From Basidiobolus meristosporus CBS 931.73 (taxonomy: Eukaryota > Fungi > Basidiobolomycota): DNA of 64,000 nt. The position numbers and the translations under genes were made by a program. The notes below the pieces were generated by a model. The model was not told the origin of the DNA. It ran no database searches and was given only the letters and a program-made list of their open reading frames with translations. The DNA lies in assembly GCA_002104905.1 (NCBI GenBank), contig MCFE01000096.1:62001-126000 (forward strand), read 5' to 3'. This document shows, piece by piece, positions 38,306 through 50,344 of the stretch; position 1 is the stretch's first letter; every line of letters begins with the position of its first letter.

Positions 38306-41300
38306 TGTTGTAGGAGTCTTGGAGATATTGGAAGTGATTGGGAGGACAAGTAGATTATGTGGTTTTCACTTAATGATTTATTGAATGTAAAAGTAGTGTT
38401 TATACTTTTACATGGACTTGGCATTACAAACACAAAGAATAGGTTAAGGAAGGTCCCAAGAACATGTGTGCAAAGCTTGGGGCTGTTTGGACAACTTTGA
38501 GAATTTTCATGTTCTGGGTACCTGGTATTTTGGTGAAAATATTCTAAGTAAATCCCAACAAGGAATTTGGACAGTATTCTCTAGGATTTGAAGGTGATGA
38601 TCTAAGTGACTAAGTTAGGTGAATATTTAGGTGGAAATACAACTTTTTACAACACTCCCACTCAGCTAAATGCTCATACTGACTAGTCCTAATTTTGACC
38701 TAAGATATTTAAGCTTGTCTCTAGCTAATGGTTTGGTAAATATGTCTGCAATCATTTCATCTGTAGGACAGTAAACTAAGCTAACCAAGTTATTCTCTAT
38801 AGCTTCACATATGAAATGATGTCTAATATCTCTGTGCTTGGATTTAGTATGTAAAGTTGGATTTCTACCTGATTGTATACATCCTTGATTATCTTGTAAT
38901 AAAGTAATAGGCGTTTTTTGACATAGGCCTAAATCGGTAAACAGCTTTCTTAACCACATTGCTTCTTTTGTAGCTTCACAGGCTGCCATATACTCTGCCT
39001 CTGTGGTTGAAAGTGCTACGGTTGGTTGCTCTCTTGAATTCCATGATATTGCTCCTTTACAGCAAAGAAAGGTGTATCCTGTGGTGGATCTTCTGTCTTC
39101 TGAATTTTGTCCCCAATCAGCATCAGAGTATCCCATAAGATCCTGTGCTGAACCCTCATAAGTATATTTTAAGCAGATATCAGCAGCTCCTTTTAGGTAT
39201 CTAAAAATCCGCTTAACTGCTGCAATACAATCAGATCCATAGTTCTGATTATGTTGGCCAACAACTCCCACTGAATATGAGATATCTGGACATGTTCCAA
39301 GCATGATATACATCAGACTGCCAACCATAGATTGAGAAGGAAAGTCAGGGCTTTCAGATGGCACCAAGCTCTCTTGAGTTGGTTGAGTTTTGACCAAGTT
39401 AAGGTTTGTCTCCATTGGGGTAGCTGCTGGTTTACAGTCTTCCATTTTGTACTTCTTTAGTATATCTTGAATATACTTGGATTGACTTAGGGTGATAGTC
39501 TGGGTACTTCTGTCTATGGAGAACTTAATCCCTAAGTAGTAACTAAGTTCTCCTAGATTGGACATCTTGAACTCCTTAGATAGGCTGGATTTAGTCTCTT
39601 CCAATGCTTCTAGGTTATTGGTGGCTATAATAAGATCATTCACATATAGAGCTAATAGAACTGGATTTTCTCTATCTGGCTTATAGTATATACTATAGTC
39701 AGCATAACTTCTTTTGAAACTCAAAGATTCAAAATAAGAATCTATCTTGCAATTCCAGGCTCTTAGTGATTGTTTGAGACCATATAGTGACTTTTTAAGC
39801 TTGTAGACCAAATGGGGGTTATCTTGGTCAACAAACCCATCAGGCTGGTCCATATACACATCCTCATCAAGTTCTCCATTCAAAAATGCAGTTTTTACAT
39901 GCATTTGATGAATAAAAAACTTATATTTGGCTGCAATAGCCAATATTAATCTGATGGAATTAAACTTGGCTACTGGTGCAAAGGTCTCATTATAGTCAAG
40001 TCCTTTTGTTTGAGAGTATCCTTTGGCTACAAGTCTTGCTTTGTATCTTTCAATTGTAGCATCAGCCTTGTGTTTTGTCTTGAAGACCCATCTGCATCCA
40101 ATTGATTTTTGGTTGATTGGTAATTTGACTAAGTCCCAAGTTTGATTTTCCATTAGGGCCTGATATTCCTCAGTTATTGCAGATCTCCAAAACTTAATCT
40201 GGGGCCTATTTAGGGCCTCTCTTACAGTCTGGGGCTCATCAATGTGGACTGAATAGGCATAGGCTAAGTTTGTACCCTCATTGATATAGTAATTTGGACT
40301 ATTTCTTATCCGTTTGGATCTCCGGGCATTTGATACTGCAATGATCACTTCTGGGATATTCCTGGGTGCTGATTCTGGCTGAACCATGGTTGTAGAGTCC
40401 TCTGGAGTGAAAAAATTCTCATTGTTTTGCTCTGATTCAATGCTGACAATTGGTGGACTTAAGTTCAGATTTTTGTCATCATCTGATGTCATTTTTTGTG
40501 AAAATTTTGAATTTTCATCAAACAACACATCCCTGGACTTGATAAGCTTTTTTTGCTTTGGTATTGTAGAGTCTCTATGCCTTACTCTCATTGCAGTAGC
40601 CCAAAAATATGCATTTTACACTTTTTGGCTCAAATTTTGACTGATTTCCGGCCAGTTTTTTGGCATATGCTGTACACCCAAATATTCTTAGATGTTCTGC
40701 ACTTGGTCTGTATCCATACCATGCTTCAAATGGAGTAGAATCACAAAGTATTCTGTTATAACTCCTATTTTTAAGATACACAGCATTGGCAACTGATTCC
40801 GCCCAAATATCATAGGATAATTTTTGATCATGGATCATAGATCTTGCCATATCAATTATTGATCTGTTAGCTTGTTCTGCTATTCCATTTTGCTGTGGGG
40901 AGTATGGTACAGTAGTCTCTTGCTTTATCCCATGAATTTTGCAGAAGTGGATGAAGAGTTTTGAGGTATATTCTCCACTATTGTAAGAGTGTATTTTCTT
41001 GATTTTTTCACCAGTTTCTCTCTCCACCATGGCTTTAAACTCCCTGAACTTGGACAGGGCTTCTTCCTTTCTCTCCATGAAGTAGACCCATGTGTATCTT
41101 GTATAATCATCAATAAAAGTGATCAAATACTTCCTCCTGCCTAAAGATAAATTTTGCATAGGTCCATACAGATCTGAGTGAATTGGATCTAATTTTTTCT
41201 TAGTTTTGATTAAGCCAGAGCTCTTGAACAGTTATCTGGCTTGTTTCCCATATATACAGGCTTCACAGTGCCCCAAATTAGCTGGGGGCTCAATTTTCAC

Positions 41301-42989
41301 TCCAGAAATTAGCTGATCTTTGATCATTTTACGCAAATAATCAAAATTGATGTGTCCAAATCTCCTGTGCCAAAGCATTGGTGCTTCTTCATTTAAGTTA
41401 CTTATATTGGCTTCCAAATATGATGGAATGTAAGTCAACCTGTATAGATTCTGATCTCTGATGCCCAAAGCAATATGGGCACCATTCTGATCAGTGATCC
41501 TGCATCCAGAATTGTCAAAACTGAAACTGAATCCTTCTGCTGTGGCCTTGCTTACAGAGAGTAGGTTCTTGGCTATTTCTGGTACATAGAGTACTTCTTT
41601 AAAGGTCAGTGTATGGCTTCCTTCACTGCTTCTTGGGTTTACTTGGATAGTTCCTTCTCCCACTGCATCAAGTGTTCTATTGACACCCATAAAAACCTTC
41701 TTAATTGGAATTTCTTGATATTGGGTAAAAAGTTCTTTTTGGTGTGTAAAGTGTTGAGAAGCTCCAGAGTCAATATACCACGTCTGAGAATCCTTGTTTG
41801 TGGTCCTATTTAGTGCAAATATGAATAGTGTATCTTCAGTTGTTGCAGCATTTCCATATTCAGGCTTCTTTTGCTGATTATCTTTCTTTTTGAGACACCG
41901 GTCTGATGTGTGTCCTTTCCTTTTGCAGTAGTACAAAACAGGTTGCTGTTGCCTTTGTAGGGTCTTGGGTACCTTCTTTGTTGGTTATCATTGCTTATTA
42001 AAGCATTTTCTTCTTCCTTCTTATTGGCACTTGTTTTTCTTAATTCTTCATCCAGGAGCCTTCCATATACGTAATTTAAGGTCAAATCTTCAGTTCTGGA
42101 CTCTAGGGCTGATACAAGGCCCTTAAACTTGTCTGTCAGGCTATTCAGGATGGTAACTATCACATCCTCATCAGCAGTTGGTATACCCACAGATTTCATC
42201 TCATCTACCAGCAGGGTAATTCCGTTAATTAGATTTTTCATTTCTTCTCCTGGCAGCATCTTTGTAGTAAAGAATTTTTGTCTCAGATACATCTTCTTGG
42301 CAGCTGAGCATGACTGGTAGGTGTCTTCTAATGCTTTTGAGGCATTCTTTGCCGTTTTTGCTCTTGAGCATTGAATTAGCAATTTGTCCTTGACATTAAG
42401 GCAAATGCAGTTAAAGGCACTTTGTTCTTTCTTGTGGTACTTTAAGGCTTCCTCTCCACGTTTTTAGGAGGGCATTCTTCACCCATGACAATATCCCAAT
42501 GGCCTCTTTCTTGTAGCAGCATCTTCATTTTCACCTTCCACAATTGGTAGTTAGATCCATCCAACTTTTCAGCAGAGGGAGAAATTCCAGTAATAGCAGT
42601 AGTAGACATTGCAGAGAGTGACAGCTTGGGGCTCATAACCTGTTGTAAGAGTCTTGGAGATATTGGAAGTGATTGGGAGGACAAGTAGATTATGTGGTTT
42701 TCACTTAATGATTTACGGAATGTAAAAGTAGTATTTATACTTTTACATGGACTTGGCATTACAAACACAAAGAATAGGTTAAGGAAGGTCCCAAGAACAT
42801 GTGTGCAAAGTTTGGGGCTGTTTGGACAACTTTGAGAATTTTCATGTTCTGGGTACCTGGTATTTTGGTGAAAATATTCTAAGTAAATCCCAACAAGAAA
42901 TTTGGTCAGTATTCTCTAGGATTTGAAGGTGATGATCTAAGTGACTAAGTTAGGTGAATATTTAGGTAGAAATGCAATTTTTTACGACA
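38306..42989 (-). mobile_element. Full-length Ty1/Copia element (family 1) inserted in the CACTA
   Basis: 349-bp LTRs 38306-38654 and 42641-42989 with about 11 differences. PBS GGTTATGAGCCC at 42629-42640. Order is gag-PR-IN-RT-RH. Flanking duplication CCTC. Confidence 0.96.
38666..42620 (-). pseudogene. Copia gag-pol polyprotein with frameshifts and stops
   Basis: KLDGSNYQLWK, WYIDSGASQH, LWHRRFGH, FIDDYTR, RYKARLVAKG, LYGLKQ, GYSDADW, ADIFTKPL. Confidence 0.95.
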
Positions 42990-43163
42990 CCTCAGCCTTC
43001 TGAATATGGCACGCAGAGTGATAGCTCTGACAAAGAAGGTTCACTGATGGATTTTGAGCCTATCTCCCCTAACAACAGTACCATGTATGAGCCCAGTAAA
43101 TTCCCTATATGCAATGAGACATCACCCATTTAAACATATACTAAGGATACTTTATGGAGCCAA

Positions 43164-44900
43164 GTGAGCCCAGTAATCAATCTATTGGTGAATGATGTAA
43201 TGTTGTGGCTAGAGAAGTGGCGCAATTCCACTAATATTAGTAATGGGGGCTTTGGGGATTTAATACTACTTCTTGCCAAATTCATACCGGGATGCAACTT
43301 GCCATGTACATGGTACAAGTGGACAACCATCATGTGGCTGGCAACATATGATCCAGAGACTGTCCTGATTCCAGCATGTGTTAACAGTTGCATGGCATTC
43401 ATATCTAAAAATGCAACCATTGCATCATGTCCAAATTGTCAGGAATCCACGACCATTGAGGGAAAACATTGTTCACACTCCAGATATATTCTGGTCATAC
43501 CCCATCTGAGGAAGCTGATGCAGTCCAACAAATATTGCAAAGCTATATGGTACTGCACTCAGTATCAATCAAGCGTAATTATATCCAATATATTTGATGG
43601 CAAACATGACAAACAGCTAAGAAGCAAGTGCTACTCTGAAGGTATGTATGATCATGCCATTGCTTTATCACTTGATGGATTCTCATTAAACAAGTACTCT
43701 ACCAGCAAATCCTGCTGGCCACTGACTCTCATCAATCTGAATATGCTGCCCATCTTATGGTATCAGAGCAATAATCTGATGGTAGTCTCACTGGTATCTG
43801 GGCCTAAATCTTTGTCCAACCAGGATAGCAGCCTGTATCCATTGCTGAATGAATTTTGTATGCTTTCCAGTGGGATAACGGTAAATGGTCATCATGTAAA
43901 AGCGCATATTATTATCTGCATTGGAGATACTCCAGCCATCAGCAAGATAGCAGGTTTTTCCAGGCACAATGGACAGTATTGCTGTCAAATGCACAAGATC
44001 CAGGGGATTTACTCCATAACTTACACACATTATTATTACCCAAACACCAGAACTAAGAACATTATTGTTCCACAGAGAGAACATACAGAAGTAAGCATGC
44101 AATTGCAGCAAAGTTGGCAAGCTATAAGCCATTGGCAAGAAAATGGAATCAATTGGAAACTGGAGATACTTAAGATAGAGGGTATCTGTTGGAGCAAAAG
44201 CTTTCCACTGGGAGCAATGCATTTGCTTTTCAACAATATCCCTATACTGATGACCAAGTTTTACATGGGGCATTTCAAGCTAAATGAGCCCTTCAAGATA
44301 CCAGAGAAATTTGAAAAAATTGTCAAGATATTGCAGAGTATCCGCTACCCTAAGTACTTCTCACAGGCTCCAATTAATATTCATACGCATATGTAACAAT
44401 GCAAATGGAAAGACTGGATGAGCTGGATATGTATTTATTTAAGTGGTGTTCTGAAGCCATTCCTACTAAGAATACATTGGAAGCATTGGGAGTCATATGT
44501 GGACATTGTAGGAATATTTATCCAGAAGCAGATCACCAATACCAACTTGACACATCTACAGCTGTTGAGTGAAGAGTTTGTGATGGGATTTGAGCAGCTA
44601 TACTACAAACCTAAAGCTGAACACGTAGATCTCTGCCACTACTGTATCCATTGTCCACTCCATCTTGCATGGTGTGTGGAGAATATTGGGCCTTGCTTCA
44701 CCTTCTGAGAGTTTCCTATGGAGCGGATGTTTAGGGAGATAGGAAGATGAGTCAAGTTGCAGGTACTATCATATCCCAATCTCATCAAGAATATCACCAT
44801 CAAGTCCATCATGGATGTGATGAGTTGGCACATGGAGGACAGCCAGAAAGAGTTGGAAAATACTGAGTACAAATGTGCACATGGAGACACCTATGCCTAT
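43164..44900 (+). pseudogene. CACTA (En/Spm, Transposase_21/tnp2-like) transposase
   Basis: CPNC, NIFDG, LSLDGF...WP..LINLN, GPK, GDTPAISKIAGF; downstream HCPLHLA..VENIGP. Confidence 0.85.
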
Positions 44901-45880
44901 AGTATTAAGAAGCTAAGCAGCCCCAATGTGTGGGTAATCAGTTAAGTAATGCAAAGTTGGGTTGGGTGCAACAAGCAACTAATTTCTATCAGGAAAACTC
45001 CACCAAGATATGCCGGATTTCTTGAGGTCACAAGCCAACTTCTACACCATTTAATACAGAATTCACACAAACAAAAGCCAGAGCACACCTATAAGAGGGA
45101 CTAGAATATAGCGGGGAGAAGGAAAATATTGGCTAAATGCCAAAAAGTGCTTTGCCAATATTCAGGAGGTATTAATGGCAGAAGTGGTAACAACCAAGCA
45201 TATGTTTGCAAGAGGTATATGCTACCAGCAGTACAAGGTACATGGCAACTTTGCAAGTATCACACTAAAGAGCCATAAAGTTGAGGTGATAGAAGTATGT
45301 CAATTGCGGCAGGTGTGCGCATTTGTAGAGGTTAGTAAGCGGGAGGCCATAGCTTTTTTGATCAGAACTATATGTGGAATACCCAAGGTAGTAGTGGGTA
45401 AGCAAATAAAGAAAGGTTATTCTACAGTGGAATATATGAATTGCATAAGGGGAAGTAGAAAAAGGAAATACCATTTAGTAAATTGGTACGGTAGCATTAT
45501 ATAGAACCAGTGGCAGGCTGTCATACTGCCAAAAAAAAAGCCATCAGAGTCTTGCTGTGAGGCCGTCAAAATACCATCAAGTTTCTTGCCATATAAGGCA
45601 ATTGGAAGTCCTGGCCAACTGGAACCTCTTAAAATAGTAATAGAGAGCTGAAAGACCACAACAATACCATGCAAATATTGTCACAGCACCAATCAAAAAT
45701 TGTCAAGTTTATCCCTTTATTTGGCTGTAAAGTTTGCAAAACACCGTCATGATCTCATTATAAGATTGTCAGGAGGGTCACTAATTCCAAGCTGCTGTTA
45801 TTATGACGGTCTCTAAACAGGATCCTGACAAATGATCTGGATTGGATCCACCTTTAGGACCAAATTATTTTTCATAGGGG

Positions 45881-47250
45881 CTGATGCATGCTTCAGGAAG
45901 GGACCACTACTATTTGAAGACTTGGACCCTCACTTTGATGATATGATTGATGCTGAAATCCAACAGATTGCCATCAATAACCATGAGAGAACTACCTGGA
46001 GCCTGATCAATGAATATCTAAGAACACTCAAGAAACCTAGTTGGATGGAAACTCATGAGTTTAGAAAACTTAGAAAGAAGGAAAAACACTACTGTCTTTA
46101 AGATGACTTTGTATTTAAGCATGTGAAGCCTGAACTTACACCAAGAAGAGTTGTCACCACTCCACAAGAACACCTGAGCATCATGACTAGTGTACACCAA
46201 GGAGAGCCAGGAGGACATAAAGGACAAGAAGCTACCTACAATACAACAGCACAGAGGTACCACTGGGAGAATATGTACTATGATATCCAACACTTTGTTG
46301 AGTCATGCATAGCCTGCTAGAAGAGATCCTCTAAGCGTTATTAAGAACCACTGCATTCCATTAATACAATCTGCATATGGCAAAAGGTTGGTATTGGTCT
46401 TGTCCACATGCCAACAGCTGGATCAAAGAAATACTTGATTGTTGTTAGAGATGACCTTAGTGGATGGGCAGAAGCCCAAGCCTTGCCCAACAACAAGAGC
46501 CATAGTATATGGAGATTCATACTTGAAAACATTATTGGCAGATTTGGCTGCATCCAGCAGTTTATTGCTGATGGAGGAGAGATGACATTCCAAATGATTC
46601 AAGAGTTATGCTCAAGGTACAGGATACGCATTGCTTTTACTACAACTTACCACCCTCAAGTCAACAGATTGGTAGAGAGAGGACATGAACCATTGGTGAA
46701 CTCTCTTGTCAAGACCTGTGAGAATAACACAACACTGTGGCCACAGCAATTGCATCTTGCACTCTGGGAAGATAGAGTTACTACCTAGAGAACCACTAGA
46801 TTATTGCCATTCAAGCTACTTTATGGACATGACTGCATACTACCAGTGGAGTTAAACACAGTCACTTGGAACTCATTGAATTGGAGATCCAATATGCAAA
46901 CTGAAGACCTCCTTGCAACTTGCATACAGCAACTTGATCACTATGACTTGAATATTGACAGAGCTGCTGATCAACTTAAGGATACACAACTGAAGAACAA
47001 AGTGCCCTTTCACATGTCACACTCAACAAGACCAAACCACTATCACTAGGAGACCCAGTATTACTCTATGACTCCACCTAGGACAAACAATGGAGTTGGA
47101 AGTTTGACAACAAATGGACTGGCCCCTACCTTATTACCAAGGTGATTGGAAATGGAAGCTATTACACATCTGAGCTTGACAACACCCACTTGAGAGCACC
47201 TGTTGCAGGAAGCCATAATAAGTTATTTAAGCATAGGAATTTTGCACATC
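45881..47250 (+). pseudogene. Gypsy-2 RNase H tail and integrase
   Basis: ADACFR; H-H-C-C finger (VHQGEPGGHKG...SCIAC); DDLSGWAEA; YHPQVN.LVER. Confidence 0.85.
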
Positions 47251-47804
47251 AAGATTAGTTTGCTTTGACCCAGGCTCAAAGCTGAGAGGGGGGTGTATGT
47301 AGTGGGGTCACAGTGACACCCACTGACAGATGTGCTCATTCCTATATTTTCTACTTCCCTATTTCTCTACTACCCTTAGTTAGTTTTATCCCAGTTGTCC
47401 TACTTAATCAGTAGTATCCCATAAGCCAACTGACTATCACAGCTGCTTACCTTATTGCATAAGTTATCCCTCAATTTATGAAAGATTACTAGCTATAAGT
47501 GCTTTTATATTACCTAAGCACCTGTGCCAGTACCCATGACACATGACCAATTTGTGTCACCATCCTTACCAATTTCATACCATACATGGTGTCTCTATGT
47601 TGCACAGGTTTCACACTACTGATTCCTGATTGGTTGGATATGCTGTGCCTATTGGAACCTTCTGGCACATACTTAGTACATTCTTGGGTCATTCTGATGT
47701 CATTAAGATTTCTATTGATATCCATAACCTTCTGGAACACTATGATTAGTAATCACTTAGCCAGTAAGAAAAGTATATAAGGGAGGCTATTGCTTAACAA
47801 CAAA

Positions 47805-50333
47805 TCAGACATATCAATAACTGTTATGGCAAGATCTATGATCCATGATCAGAAATTTTCCTATGATTTTTGGGTGGAATCAGTTCCCTCAGCTGTTTAC
47901 CTTAAAGATAAGAGTTATAACAGAATACTTTGTAATTCTACTCCATTTGAAGCATGGTATGGAAACAGACCAGGTGCAGAGCATCTAACAATATTTGGGT
48001 ACACAGCATATGCCAATAAACTGCCCAGAAATCAGACAAAATTTGTGCTAAAAAGTGTAAAATGCATATTTTTGGGCCACTGCAATGAGTGAAGGGCATA
48101 CAGAGTCTTCAATACCAAAGCAAAGAAGCTGATCAAGTCTAGGGATGTCAGATGATGAAGAAATTTGATCTCAAGTCCACCAATAGTCAGGATTGAATCA
48201 GAGCAAAACAATGAAATCTTTTTCATTCCAGATAACCCTACAACAATGGTTCAGCCTGAATCAGTGCCCTGGAATATCTCAGAAGTGATCACTCCAGTAT
48301 CAAATGCAGGGAGATTAAATCAGACAAGAAATAGCCCAGATTACTATATCAATCATGGTACAATCTTAGCCTATGCCTACTCAGTCATATTGATGAGCCC
48401 CTGACTGTAAAAGGGGCTCTAAATAGCCCTCAGACAAATTTTTGGAGATCTGCAATGACAGAGGAATATCAGGCCCTGATGGAAGATCAAGTATGGGACT
48501 TAGTCAAGGTACCAATCAACCAAAAGTCAATTGGATGCTGAAGAGTCTGTAAGACATAATACAAGGCCTATGGTACAATTGAAAGGTACAAAGCAGGACT
48601 TGTGGCTAAAGGATAATTTTGTACATAAGGACTTGACTATACTAAGACCATTGCACCAGTAGCCAAGTTTGATTCCATCAGATAAATATTGGGTATTGCA
48701 GCCAAACAAAAGTTTTTTTATACATCAAATGAATGTAGAATCTGCATTTTGAATGAAGAACTTGCTGAAGATGTGTATATGGACCAGCCTGATAGAATTT
48801 GACCAAGTTCATCCCATTTAGTCTGCAAGCTTAAAAAATCTTCATCTGGTCTCAAACAATTGCCAAGAGCCTGGAATTGCAAGATAGATTCTTATTGGAA
48901 TCTTTGAGTTTCAAGTAGAGTAATGCTGACTATAGTATATACTATAAGCCAGATAGAGCAAATCCAGCTCTGTTAGCTCTATATGTGGATGATTTTATTG
49001 TAACTGCCAATAACCTCAAAACATTGGAAGATACTAAATCCTGCCTATCCAAAGAGTTCAAGATGTCCAATCTTAGAGAACTCAGTTGCTACTTAGGGAT
49101 AAAGTTCTCCCTATACAGAAGCACCCAGAACATCACCCTAAGTCAATTCAAGTATATTCAAGATATACTGAAGAAGTACCAAATGGAAGACTGTCAACCG
49201 GTAGCTACCCTAATGGGGACAAACCTCAGCTTGGTTGAAACTCAACCAAATCAAGAGAGCTTGGTGCCATCTGAAAGCCTTGACTTTCCTAATCAACTGA
49301 AGGCTGGCAGTCTTATGTATATAATGCCTGGAGCACATCCAAATACCTCATATTCAGTGGGAGTTGTCAGCCAGCATATTCAGAACTATGGATCTGATCA
49401 TATTACAGTAGTTAAACAGATTTGTAGTTACCTAAAAAGAGCTGCAGATATCTGCTTAAGATACACTTATAAGGATCCAGAAAGGATCTAGTGCAATACC
49501 CTGATGCTGATTGGGAACATAATCTGGAAGATAGAAGCTCTACCACATCACACACTATTCTTTATTGTCAAGGAGTAATCTCATAGAATTCAAGCAAGCA
49601 ACCAACTGTAGAACTTTTCACCACAGAGGCAGTGTATAAGGCAGACTGTGGAGCTACAAAAGAAGCAATGTGGCTAAGGAAGCTCTTCAAAGATTTAGGC
49701 CTATGTCAAAAATTGCCCAATACCTTATTTCAAGAAAATCAAGGAAGTATATAATTAGGTATAAGTCCAACTTTTCATGCTAAAACCAAGCACATGGATA
49801 TTAAATATCATTTTATACATGAAGCTATCAAGAATAACTTAGTTGGCCTAGTTTATTGTTCTACAGATGAAATGATTGCAGACATATTTACCAAACCATC
49901 AGCTAGAGAGAAGCTTGAATATCTTAGGTTAAAATTAGGACTAGTTAGTATGAACATTTAGCTAGGTAGGAGTGTTGTAAAGATCTGGAATTTCATCTAA
50001 GTATTCACCTAACTTAGTCCCTTATGTGAATACCATCAAATCCTAGAGAATACTGTCCAAACTCCTTGTTGGGATTTACCAAGAATAATTGCACCAAAAT
50101 ATCAAATACCCAGACAAGAAGGACTTGATAAGTTATCCAAACAGCCCCAAACTTTGCACACCTGCTCTTAGGGCCTTCCTAAGCCTATCCTATATGTTTG
50201 TTATGCCAATATCATGTAAAAGTGTAAATGCTACACTTACATTCAATATATCATTAGGTGAAATCCACATAATCTACTTGTCCTCTCAAGCACTTCCAAT
50301 ATCTCCAAGACTCTTACAACAGGTTTTGAGCCC
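47805..50333 (+). mobile_element. Decayed Copia: integrase tail, RT-RH, PPT, LTR (49973-50321) and a PBS-like 12-mer
   Basis: Nucleotide homology to 38666-40900; the LTR matches family 1; GGTTTTGAGCCC at 50322-50333. Confidence 0.88.
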
Positions 50334-50344
50334 AAAGGTCTAGC

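Larger units (their letters stand above)
36081..45880 (+). mobile_element. CACTA/CMC transposon copy C (about 5.1 kb net of the Copia insert), left end missing
   Basis: Colinear with 50430-55541; similarity ends exactly at ...GGACCAAATTATTTTTCATAGGGG. Confidence 0.85.
32278..47805 (+). mobile_element. Older Ty3/Gypsy element (Gypsy-2) hosting nested insertions; RT deleted and 3' LTR truncated
   Basis: 5' LTR 32278-33343, PBS 33348-33365, gag and protease to ~36050 (IGSGSKICVM, DLLLGRPW), RNase H tail and integrase 45881-47250, PPT GAGAGGGGGG, 3' LTR from 47298. Confidence 0.85.
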
